Source: a virus (taxonomy: Duplodnaviria; Caudoviricetes). Taken from it: a DNA stretch of 31,219 bases. Below, one piece after another: positions 16,441 through 24,945 of the stretch; position 1 is the first letter of the stretch, and every line of letters begins with the position of its first letter. The stretch is from positions 1-31,219 of IMG/VR virus record IMGVR_UViG_3300026263_000005; one strand, written 5' to 3'. Both the position numbers and the translations under genes were made by a program. The notes below the pieces were generated by a model. It was given only the letters and a program-made list of their open reading frames with translations. It searched no databases and was not told where the DNA came from.

Positions 16441-17231
16441 TGGCAATGAACACGCATCCCAATAATTATCAGGCTTTTACGGAAGCAGTAGCAACTGGAA
16501 AATTAGAACCATCCAGACAGAATTTATATGGTGTTTCGATAGCACCTCCTTTAACTTTACGAAAGATACTAAGTACTACTGCAGGAGACAAAGAAGGCAA
16601 GCTAGTGAATACGGGTGTATCGATGCATCAATTTGTGCATAATGTTAATTTATTTTCCTCTTCAGTTACTATTCCTAGTAGAGCAGTTACCACTGGTCAG
16701 GTTAATAACCATGGTATGATGCGTAGATTTGGTACTGGTCAGACTAGTTCACAGATCAGTATGAGTTTCTTATCTACTAAGGATAATTTTATTAGAGAAT
16801 GGTTTGAGATGTGGTTAAATGTTGTAAGCTCTGATTCGGACAATACTGTAGGATTTTATGATGATTATACAACATCAGCAGAAATAATAAAGTGGGAAGT
16901 AGGGTCTAATGTAGTACAGTCCTTTGATTTTTATAAGGTACAAGTACCTCAAGTTCCTAGGAAGTATACTGGTAAAGCAACGTTAAATCAGGCAACTGCT
17001 GTATACCAATTCTATAATCTATTTCCTTTTCATATAAGTACTCAAACTCTTGATAACGATCAAGCATCATTGATGCGAGTTGATATACAGTTCTACTATG
17101 AGCGTTATCGTTTTGATACTGTTAATGTAGATACTCTTAGGTGGTTAGGACCTAAGAGAAATAAGGGTATTTCTGAAGATGCTGTTGCTGAGAAGAACGC
17201 ACAAACTAAGTATTCTGCGTACGGAACCTAG
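16440..17231 (+). CDS. tail-tube-like / baseplate-tube initiator (gp54-like)
   Basis: SR.NLY.V, VTIPSR, FE.W.N, GFYDDY, NLFP, V.F.YE: gp19/gp54 fold motifs; TAATG overlap with gp2. Confidence 0.72.
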   Translation: MAMNTHPNNYQAFTEAVATGKLEPSRQNLYGVSIAPPLTLRKILSTTAGDKEGKLVNTGVSMHQFVHNVNLFSSSVTIPSRAVTTGQVNNHGMMRRFGTGQTSSQISMSFLSTKDNFIREWFEMWLNVVSSDSDNTVGFYDDYTTSAEIIKWEVGSNVVQSFDFYKVQVPQVPRKYTGKATLNQATAVYQFYNLFPFHISTQTLDNDQASLMRVDIQFYYERYRFDTVNVDTLRWLGPKRNKGISEDAVAEKNAQTKYSAYGT

Positions 17232-17239
17232 ATAAGGGG

Positions 17240-17247
17240 TATAAATA
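17240..17247 (+). promoter_or_regulatory. late promoter TATAAATA
   Basis: Exact consensus in the intergenic gap before gp26. Confidence 0.9.
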
Positions 17248-17269
17248 ATTTCATCGTTATAATCTAATT

Positions 17270-17971
17270 ATGCCTTTACCAAAGCTTGCGGTGCCAGAAT
17301 ATGAGTGTACCCTACCTGTTAGTGGGACAAAAGTCTCATATCGACCTTTTCTTGTAAAAGAAGAGAAACTGCTTTATATCGCTATGGAATCTCAAGATGA
17401 GAAAGAAATGATCAAAGCAGTGAAGAATATATTAAAAGCATGTACTAATGTCAAAAAAGTGGATGATCTCGCTACATTCGAGATTGAGTATCTGTTTTTA
17501 AGGATTCGTTCTAAGGCAGTTGGTGGTATTAGTGAGTTTAAAATAGTATGTGAAGATGATGGTGTGACATCTGCATCTGTCAAAATCGATTTGGAGGATA
17601 TTGAGGTAGTAGTACCCAAGACCCACAAAAAGATTCTTGATATAGGTGAAGATATCAAAGTTGAGATGAAATATCCTTCCCTCAATGCATTTGTTGACAG
17701 GAATATGAAGGATAAACCTACAATGGATGATATATTTGATCTTGCTGCAACATGTGTAGATAAGGTATATCAAGGTGATGAGATCTTTGACTCCTTTACT
17801 AAGAAGGAAGCATTAGATTTTCTTGGTGATATGAATAATTCTCAATTTGAGAAAGTTCAGGGCTTCTTTGAGTCGATGCCCAAATTAGAACATACCATAG
17901 ATGTTGTTAATCCTAAGACTAAAGTAGTGAATGAAACTAAACTTGAGGGTCTAGCGGCTTTTTTCGCATAG
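17270..17971 (+). CDS. 26: baseplate hub assembly protein gp26 (chaperone-like)
   Basis: MPLPK, YRPFLVKEEK, IEYLFLRIRSKAVG, MKYP, FFESMPKL, LEGLAAFF. Confidence 0.92.
   Translation: MPLPKLAVPEYECTLPVSGTKVSYRPFLVKEEKLLYIAMESQDEKEMIKAVKNILKACTNVKKVDDLATFEIEYLFLRIRSKAVGGISEFKIVCEDDGVTSASVKIDLEDIEVVVPKTHKKILDIGEDIKVEMKYPSLNAFVDRNMKDKPTMDDIFDLAATCVDKVYQGDEIFDSFTKKEALDFLGDMNNSQFEKVQGFFESMPKLEHTIDVVNPKTKVVNETKLEGLAAFFA
17959..17965 (+). other. candidate -1 programmed ribosomal frameshift site (T TTT TTC)
   Basis: X XXY YYZ heptamer in gp26 frame just before the stop; -1 frame reads TTT TTT CGC ATA GCG TTA ATG into the 'gp51' ORF with no stop. Confidence 0.65.
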
Positions 17972-17976
17972 CGTTA

Positions 17977-18165
17977 ATGCATGATAGTCTTGAGAATCAT
18001 TTTAAGACTAACTTTGCATTAATGCAGCACCACAAGTATAGTTTAACTGAATTAGATAATATGATGCCTTGGGAGAGGGATGTATACGTTAACCTATTGA
18101 TTGCTCATTTGCAGGAAGAGGAACGTAGACGTGATAAAGAAAATCAACAATCAAACGCCCTATAA
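17977..18165 (+). CDS. 51: short 'gp51' baseplate hub assembly catalyst ORF (possibly the C-terminal part of a gp26 frameshift fusion)
   Basis: TNFALMQHHKYSLTELDNMMPWERDVY motif; no SD upstream. Confidence 0.85.
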   Translation: MHDSLENHFKTNFALMQHHKYSLTELDNMMPWERDVYVNLLIAHLQEEERRRDKENQQSNAL

Positions 18166-20675
18166 TGGCAGAAGCCACCTTAAGAAAATTTATATCAGTA
18201 GTACCTGATGAAGAAGGTAAGACTACTGGTGCTTTTGCTGCGACTAAATCTGTTAACAGAATGGGTCATGCTATTACTGGCATAGGTAAGAGTTTTCTAC
18301 AGGTTAATGAACTCGTTAAGTTTCAGAATGAGTGGATTCTTGGTATTAAGGATAAAGAAATCGAAAGGATAGATGATCAATATAAAAAGGAGAAGGATGA
18401 TGAAGCAGAAGCAGAGAAGAAAAAGAGAAAGAGAGCAAACCTAGCTAAAGACATCGGTTCTGAGAAATTACAAGCAGATGGTAAGAAGTTAGGTGTAAAG
18501 TTATTTAAGAAGGATAAGAAGGATAAGAATAAATGGGGATGGGTAGAGAGACTTCTTAAAGCCATGTCTCCTATTTTTAATGCGATACAGTGGTTTGCAC
18601 AGACTGTTATCACCTATGTTGTCTTTAAATGGTTAGGTGATGAAAAGAATAAAGAGAATGTACAGAAATTTCTTAAGTTTATCTCATCATTAGCTAAGTT
18701 TGCATGGTGGTTGACTGAGAATAGTATTGGTTTATTGATGGATGGTGTTACTAAGACATTTAGTTGGGATCCGAATAAGAGTACTATAGAGAACACATTT
18801 GAGACTTTGTTTGGTGCTCTCCAAATACTTGGTGGATTGGCAGGTATCTGGGCAGTATCCAGACTTCTTATGCCATGGAAGATACTAAGTGATGTCAGAG
18901 CCATGGCAGCACTTGGTACAGCAGTCACTGCTGCTGAGGCATCTGGATGTGGACCTAGAGGAAGAAGATATAGAGGACCAAAAGGTCCTGATGGTAAACC
19001 TAAGTTTGACCCTACAGAGGTACAACGTAGAGCAAAGAATATACGACGTATTAGAAGAAATAAGAGGTTGGCAAAACTTTATAGGAGGTTATCTGCTTTA
19101 CAAGAAGCAGGTGCTAAACTTGTAAGGAAAACTGCTTCTAACACTAAGGCACTGATTGAGATATCTCAAGCAGCACTGAAATCAGAAATTACTAGATTAA
19201 CTGAACTTGTTGATGAGAAAGGTGCAAGGAAAGTAGGAACAGAGATAATCGAATCTGGTCTTAAGAAAGGACAGGAAGCTGTTAAACCATTTGTCGAAGT
19301 TGTCGAAAATATTGTTGAGGAAATAAGAATCAAACCAATAGACGGTCAAGCTCCTAAACCTAGTTATTGGGACAGTCTCTCTAAATGGGTACACGAGACT
19401 GCACTTCCAAGCACGAAAAATGCTTTAGTTTCTGCTAAAGATGCGACGATTGATGCTGGTAAGTTCATGTGGAGGGAGGTGATAGTACCCTCAATGAAGA
19501 ATCTTAATGAACTGGGTGCAGCCATGCTTAAGCATGGGGATCGACTTGCGGGATCCATTAAACATGCTGGTGGTAACCTGTATGAGATGGGTGCAGGTAT
19601 GGCTAAGGGGTTCCAGTCTACTGTAGAGATGCTTAAGGATCCTAAGAAATTGATGAAAGCGGTCCAATCAACGATTAAACCCAAGATTAAAAAAATTGTA
19701 AAGGAGAACCCATTAGTAAAAAATATTTTAGATCTTAGAAAAGATCCTGATGCTATCGGTACAGTTTTTAAGCAGATAAAGGGAAGTCAGATCCTTAAGG
19801 ATTGGAAGATGATGATGAAGGAGGGATATGGCACTAAGACTGGAAGAAAAGCTGCTGGTGCCATAGGTATGGGACCAATTGATCTGCTTATTGACATTGC
19901 TATGTCAATCTTTGATTATGCTTATCTAGGAGAATCACCTGTTAACGCTTTTATGAAAGCAGCAGGTAGTTTTGCGGGATATGGTGTTGGGTTTAGTTTA
20001 GTATCACTAATACCAGGAGCACAAGGTTGGGGATCATTACTTGGTGGTATTGCAGGTGCAATGTTGGGTGAGATGGCAGGAAATGCTCTTGCTCATGGCA
20101 TGGGAGCTATATCGGAGAAAATGGATTTCCCAGGTCCTGGTGGTTTCTATAATATGAGAGATCCACTTGCTAAAGCAATATTAGGTGATGAGACAGTAGC
20201 ACACAGAACTAGTGATGGAAATATATTCACAGCAGATTTCCAAGAGAGACCTTTTATACGTCATCCAAAAGCAGCAAATTTTGAGTTTGGTAATCCAAAC
20301 TTACAAGGTGATGCAAAGGGTAAACCTTATAGTGAAGGTGGTCATGTACCATTAGCAAGTTGGGCAAAGGGTAAGAATTATAAGAAACCAACAACTAAGA
20401 TGCCTGCTTATATGAGTCTAATGGATCATGTGGAAAAGCGTACACCTTATCAAATTGGGAAAGCAACAGAAAGGATTCGTGGATCTGAAATAAATACTAC
20501 ACCGATGATGTCTGAATTATCTTTACGTAAGGTGAGAAGGGTGAAAGAAATGCAAATGCATACTCATGTTGTTGCTGTCACTCAACCAGTTATAAAAACA
20601 AATCACATAAAAGCAACACCACCATCAATACATTATAGCTCATCAAATCCACATGTCTCCATGTTCTCTAAGTAA
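18165..20675 (+). CDS. tape-measure-like / baseplate hub (gp29-like) protein, 836 aa
   Basis: Long helical Lys/Ala/Gly-rich protein with hydrophobic segments and glycine-zipper C-terminal part; lies between gp26/51 and the gp27-like hub. Confidence 0.6.
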   Translation: MAEATLRKFISVVPDEEGKTTGAFAATKSVNRMGHAITGIGKSFLQVNELVKFQNEWILGIKDKEIERIDDQYKKEKDDEAEAEKKKRKRANLAKDIGSEKLQADGKKLGVKLFKKDKKDKNKWGWVERLLKAMSPIFNAIQWFAQTVITYVVFKWLGDEKNKENVQKFLKFISSLAKFAWWLTENSIGLLMDGVTKTFSWDPNKSTIENTFETLFGALQILGGLAGIWAVSRLLMPWKILSDVRAMAALGTAVTAAEASGCGPRGRRYRGPKGPDGKPKFDPTEVQRRAKNIRRIRRNKRLAKLYRRLSALQEAGAKLVRKTASNTKALIEISQAALKSEITRLTELVDEKGARKVGTEIIESGLKKGQEAVKPFVEVVENIVEEIRIKPIDGQAPKPSYWDSLSKWVHETALPSTKNALVSAKDATIDAGKFMWREVIVPSMKNLNELGAAMLKHGDRLAGSIKHAGGNLYEMGAGMAKGFQSTVEMLKDPKKLMKAVQSTIKPKIKKIVKENPLVKNILDLRKDPDAIGTVFKQIKGSQILKDWKMMMKEGYGTKTGRKAAGAIGMGPIDLLIDIAMSIFDYAYLGESPVNAFMKAAGSFAGYGVGFSLVSLIPGAQGWGSLLGGIAGAMLGEMAGNALAHGMGAISEKMDFPGPGGFYNMRDPLAKAILGDETVAHRTSDGNIFTADFQERPFIRHPKAANFEFGNPNLQGDAKGKPYSEGGHVPLASWAKGKNYKKPTTKMPAYMSLMDHVEKRTPYQIGKATERIRGSEINTTPMMSELSLRKVRRVKEMQMHTHVVAVTQPVIKTNHIKATPPSIHYSSSNPHVSMFSK

Positions 20676-22991
20676 ATGGCAACAATAGGTCAACCCACTC
20701 TTTATAAAATGGTCACTCCTCCTAAAGGTGAGGGTAGTGGCATGGGTTCTCTTGTCAAATCAATGAATAGTCTTGGCGCTACTATTAATAGTATTGCATT
20801 CATTGCTGCTGATATGAATAAGAATTTTGCTAAGGGTATCAAGCATCAAATCAGTAAGCAAGAAGATATATCTAAGAAGCATACTAATATAGAGAATAAG
20901 AAGTTAACAGATAAGAAGAAGAAGGAAGCTGCCCTTAGAAAGTTAATGAATAGGAGGCAGGATCAGGACGCAGAAGGTGATCAGAAGAGTATCATAGCTC
21001 AGTTTGGTGGCACTATGATTAAAGCTGCCAAGGGTGTTTTAGGATTCTTCGAAGGTTTGGCAGCAGCACTGGAAGCAATATTTGTAGGTTTTGTTTCTTA
21101 TGCTGTCTTTACTTGGTTAGGTAAGGCAGAGAATAAGAAGAAGGTTAAGAAGTTCCTTGATTTCATGTCAGCCCTTGGTAAGTTTATAGTCTGGGCAGTT
21201 ACTGGACTGGTTGACATGGGATTGAGTGGTATCACAGAGTTCTTAGAGAATCCAGTATCATTTGAGGGTCTGTTTGGTCTTGTGAAATTCCTGACAGCAT
21301 TGGGACTAGTATTTGCTCCAGGTGCTACAATATCTGTGGCGTTAGCTGGGGTCATGACCCTCTTTAAGGCAGGTAGACTGGTACCTTTACTGAAGGGATT
21401 CTTTACTGGTGTATGGGGTTTAGTCAAAGGTCTTTTGGCATTTCTTGCTAGACGACCTCTCGTTGCCGGACTTTTATTAGCTGCTGGTTGGGGTGCTTAC
21501 ATGATATTTGGTAATGATGATGAAGGTGAAGCAGATGCTGTTGACAACATTGAGGATAATCAAAAGGAAAGACCAACTCTCGAAAATAGTAGTGAGAAGG
21601 AAGTACTTAGTGCCATGGATGAGCGTATTATTGCTCTCCAAAATCAGATTGAGAGTATGACATGGTGGGAAAAACTTACTACAAATCAAGATGATCGATT
21701 AAGACAAGAAATAGTAGAGATTAAAAATGAGAGACAAACGGACACATCCGAGGATGTTACACCTAAAGTTGATGAGAAAAAAGATGAAAAATTACCTGAG
21801 AAGAAACAAGGTGGATCAGTCGTTATACCATCCAATCCTTTCATACCAAAAATGGACAATGGTGGGTGGATTACTGGTCCTCAGTCTGGCTACCCCGTCA
21901 GCCTCGATGGCGGTGGTTCCACCTCTTTTATTGGACATGGAACAGAGTGGGTCGGATTTCCTAAAGCATCAAGGGGGGGAGCATTTGTGGTGCCCTTCGA
22001 TACTCCCTCCACCCGAACTAATCCTAGCTTAACTAAAAAGAGACTTGGTGAAGCACAGAGAGGTGGGTTCACTATGCCTTCCTTTGATATGGGAGGATTC
22101 TATCCTCAAATGCAGGTAGGTGGTCTACTAGACTTCATTGCATCTGGTGAGGGTGGTTATAACTCTATGAACCAAGGAACCAAAGGTAATAGTATTGTTG
22201 GTTCTACTCATGATTCTGCTTCCATCGTTAAAAAGAAACTAACTGACATGTCAGTTGGTGAGATCATGGAACGTCAGGCATATCTGATGAACAAATCCAA
22301 TCCTCAGGAAAGTGATTACGGTCTCTTTGCTGTGGGTCGTTATCAAGTCATACCTGGCACTATGTCAAGTATTGTCAAGACTATGGGCATTGATCGAAAT
22401 GCTAAGTTTGATAAGCAGATGCAGGATAAGATTGGACTTGGATTGATTAAGCATAAGAGACCTTATGCTTGGAAGTATATCAATAAAGAACATAATGATA
22501 GAACTGGTGCAATGAAGGCACTTGCCGCTGAGTGGGCGTCACTTCCTGATCCTGCTACTGGAAGGTCTATGTATGGTGGTGGTAACGCTTCCTCCCATAG
22601 TGTCGAAGAAGTTGCTGCTGCACTAGATGCTGCTAGGGGTGGTGCTCCATTGGTGAGTGATGATGTGGTTGAGAAAATCCAACCTGCTAAGGCATGGTGG
22701 GATCCTTTAGGAGTCTTTAGTGGTAAAAAGAAGGAATTAACTACTGGTAATACTATAGGTGAATCTGCTTTAAATGAATTTGATAAGTACAAGTGGGGTA
22801 CTGGTGAAGAGAGCGTTAGTGTACAACCAATGCAGCTACCAGCAATAGATACAACACCACCAGTGGTTGATGAAGATATACCAGAACCTATCTTTATACC
22901 TAATGAATATGAACCACCTGCTCATCCATATATTACAGCAAGATTTGGAATGATGGCAGATGTTAATACTTGTCCTGATAGACTCTTCTAA
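20676..22991 (+). CDS. tape-measure-like protein with lambda-R-like lysozyme/lytic transglycosylase domain, 771 aa
   Basis: N-half paralogous to the upstream gene; LLDFIASGEGGYN, AVGRYQVIPGT, QDKIG, LAAEWASLP in C-half. Confidence 0.75.
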   Translation: MATIGQPTLYKMVTPPKGEGSGMGSLVKSMNSLGATINSIAFIAADMNKNFAKGIKHQISKQEDISKKHTNIENKKLTDKKKKEAALRKLMNRRQDQDAEGDQKSIIAQFGGTMIKAAKGVLGFFEGLAAALEAIFVGFVSYAVFTWLGKAENKKKVKKFLDFMSALGKFIVWAVTGLVDMGLSGITEFLENPVSFEGLFGLVKFLTALGLVFAPGATISVALAGVMTLFKAGRLVPLLKGFFTGVWGLVKGLLAFLARRPLVAGLLLAAGWGAYMIFGNDDEGEADAVDNIEDNQKERPTLENSSEKEVLSAMDERIIALQNQIESMTWWEKLTTNQDDRLRQEIVEIKNERQTDTSEDVTPKVDEKKDEKLPEKKQGGSVVIPSNPFIPKMDNGGWITGPQSGYPVSLDGGGSTSFIGHGTEWVGFPKASRGGAFVVPFDTPSTRTNPSLTKKRLGEAQRGGFTMPSFDMGGFYPQMQVGGLLDFIASGEGGYNSMNQGTKGNSIVGSTHDSASIVKKKLTDMSVGEIMERQAYLMNKSNPQESDYGLFAVGRYQVIPGTMSSIVKTMGIDRNAKFDKQMQDKIGLGLIKHKRPYAWKYINKEHNDRTGAMKALAAEWASLPDPATGRSMYGGGNASSHSVEEVAAALDAARGGAPLVSDDVVEKIQPAKAWWDPLGVFSGKKKELTTGNTIGESALNEFDKYKWGTGEESVSVQPMQLPAIDTTPPVVDEDIPEPIFIPNEYEPPAHPYITARFGMMADVNTCPDRLF

Positions 22992-24616
22992 TGACAGAAA
23001 CTGTTAACAATAGTAAATCATATAAACTGATTGACTTATACGTTCAGAGATCGGATGATTCTAAGGAGGATATTCGTGATCTTTGTGCTGAATTTGTATG
23101 GTATGAGTCTATTGACTCACCATTTGTACGTTTAGATATTACAATTCTTGACACTGTGAACTATGCTGAGTCATTATTGGGTGATGAGATGCTTCATATT
23201 GGTTTTAATACCTTTGCTTCTAAGATGGGTGGTAAAGAACCTGTCACCATCCACTATGATATGCAGATCTATAAGATCAGTAATGTTATTAAGGATGAAC
23301 GTGCTAAGGTATGTACTATCAATTGTATTTCACCACAAGCATATCTTAATGAAGCGAACAGAGCATTTGGATCCTTTGGTCCTTTGACTGGTAAGCATGA
23401 TATTGTCAAAGAGATGTGTAAGAAGTATCTCAAATGTGAGAATAAGATTAAACACGTTAATGCAATAGAAGAATGTACATCGATGAATATGATTTCTCCT
23501 AACTGGAGACCAATTGATGTTATATCATATATCTCAGATAAGGTTGTTAGAAAGAAGCAGGGTAAAGGTAGTAAAGTTAATAAGAGGAAGGGTAAAGGTA
23601 ATATTCAGTCTGGGTTCTTATTCTATGAGACTAGTCAAGGATTTAATTGGAGATCTATTGATGATATGTGTGAGCAAGATCCATTAGCAACTTTTAATTA
23701 TACTCAGAAGAATATATCTACACCCGATGCACATACACAATGGGCTAATATTGAGGAACTGGGATTTCCTGACAGGACTAACCATCTAGAGAAGATGAGG
23801 ACAGGTTTATATAAGACTGTTACTTATGGTATTGTTATGGATGCGTTGACAGAGAGTCAATCTATTAACCCAGCTTTAAGTAGTAGTGGTGTGTTTGATA
23901 GGTTCCAAGAGTTAGGTAATAAGTTTACTGCTACGTTACAGGGACAGTTTGGTTCCAAGTCCTTGTCTAAAGAACAGTTCTCTAAGTTTTTATCTGATAG
24001 TAAATCTGCTGCTAGTAGTACTTTCTTTAATTCTGGTGGTGATAGTAAATTTGATTGGTCAAAGTATGCTGCTAACCTTAATTTTGGTGCATCTCAGAGT
24101 CAAGCAGCTCTAGCAGAGAAGAAGAGTAAACCTGCAGGAACTGTATCAGGTCCTAGGATTATGCATATTGGAGAGATAACTGATCTTGCATCTACTTTGG
24201 AGAAAGGGTTTGCTTTTGATGAAAAGATTATTGATAAATTTAGTAAGGATTATCCCACTCGTACAAAGTTTAGAATCCTTCCTAAGTATAAGAACCAGAG
24301 TGCTAATGCACCTAATGGTGGTGCAGATGATGCTTCTGAGAACATAGTACTGGCTGGTGCATATGCTGCTGCTAGGTTTGCATTACTTAAGACACATGTA
24401 ATGAACATTACTATACCAGGTAACACAGCAGTGTATGCTGGTGCTGTTGTTAAGACTAGGATACCTGAGTCAGAGCAAAATCGTAGTGGTAGACTAGAGT
24501 TGGACAAAAAATTCTCTGGTAAATATTTGGTCTCAGGACTCAAGCACACTTATAACAAGACTGGTATTACTACTGAATTGTATCTATGTCGTGATTCCCT
24601 ACCCATAAACACTTGA
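22991..24616 (+). CDS. baseplate hub protein (gp27 / Mu gp44 / P2 gpD-like)
   Basis: YESIDSP, FLFYET..GFNWRSID, ITIPGN, FSGKYLVSGLKH, LCRDS. Confidence 0.75.
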   Translation: MTETVNNSKSYKLIDLYVQRSDDSKEDIRDLCAEFVWYESIDSPFVRLDITILDTVNYAESLLGDEMLHIGFNTFASKMGGKEPVTIHYDMQIYKISNVIKDERAKVCTINCISPQAYLNEANRAFGSFGPLTGKHDIVKEMCKKYLKCENKIKHVNAIEECTSMNMISPNWRPIDVISYISDKVVRKKQGKGSKVNKRKGKGNIQSGFLFYETSQGFNWRSIDDMCEQDPLATFNYTQKNISTPDAHTQWANIEELGFPDRTNHLEKMRTGLYKTVTYGIVMDALTESQSINPALSSSGVFDRFQELGNKFTATLQGQFGSKSLSKEQFSKFLSDSKSAASSTFFNSGGDSKFDWSKYAANLNFGASQSQAALAEKKSKPAGTVSGPRIMHIGEITDLASTLEKGFAFDEKIIDKFSKDYPTRTKFRILPKYKNQSANAPNGGADDASENIVLAGAYAAARFALLKTHVMNITIPGNTAVYAGAVVKTRIPESEQNRSGRLELDKKFSGKYLVSGLKHTYNKTGITTELYLCRDSLPINT

Positions 24617-24641
24617 CAATAGGTCAAAGAATAAATATAAT
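24613..24641 (+). promoter_or_regulatory. perfect sigma70 consensus TTGACA-N17-TATAAT with nested late motif AATAAATA
   Basis: TTGACA 24613-24618, TATAAT 24636-24641, AATAAATA 24630-24637. Confidence 0.9.
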
Positions 24642-24663
24642 TGTCGAATAAAGCGAGAGAACA

Positions 24664-24945
24664 ATGAGTGAATTCGGAGAAAATCCACAAGCTAAACGAA
24701 GTCACGATCTAGATCATGAAGTTTACATTGATCCAAAGGATCATAAGGAGCATACTAATCATGGTATGCATGAGTATTCTGAAGATGATCTCAAGAACGT
24801 AAGAGCTAACTACGAAGAGTATCATAAGGGAGATGAACCTGAAACTGGTATTAATGATTATCATATTAGACATCAGGATAAGCAGTTAGATCAATATTGT
24901 GACAACCATCCAGATGCATTTGAGTGTAGAGTATACGATGAATGA
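24664..24945 (+). CDS. cp12: CP12-like protein (C-terminal CP12 motif, His-rich N-terminus)
   Basis: C-terminal YCDNHPDAFECRVYDE matches the CP12 C-x8-C GAPDH-binding tail. Confidence 0.82.
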   Translation: MSEFGENPQAKRSHDLDHEVYIDPKDHKEHTNHGMHEYSEDDLKNVRANYEEYHKGDEPETGINDYHIRHQDKQLDQYCDNHPDAFECRVYDE

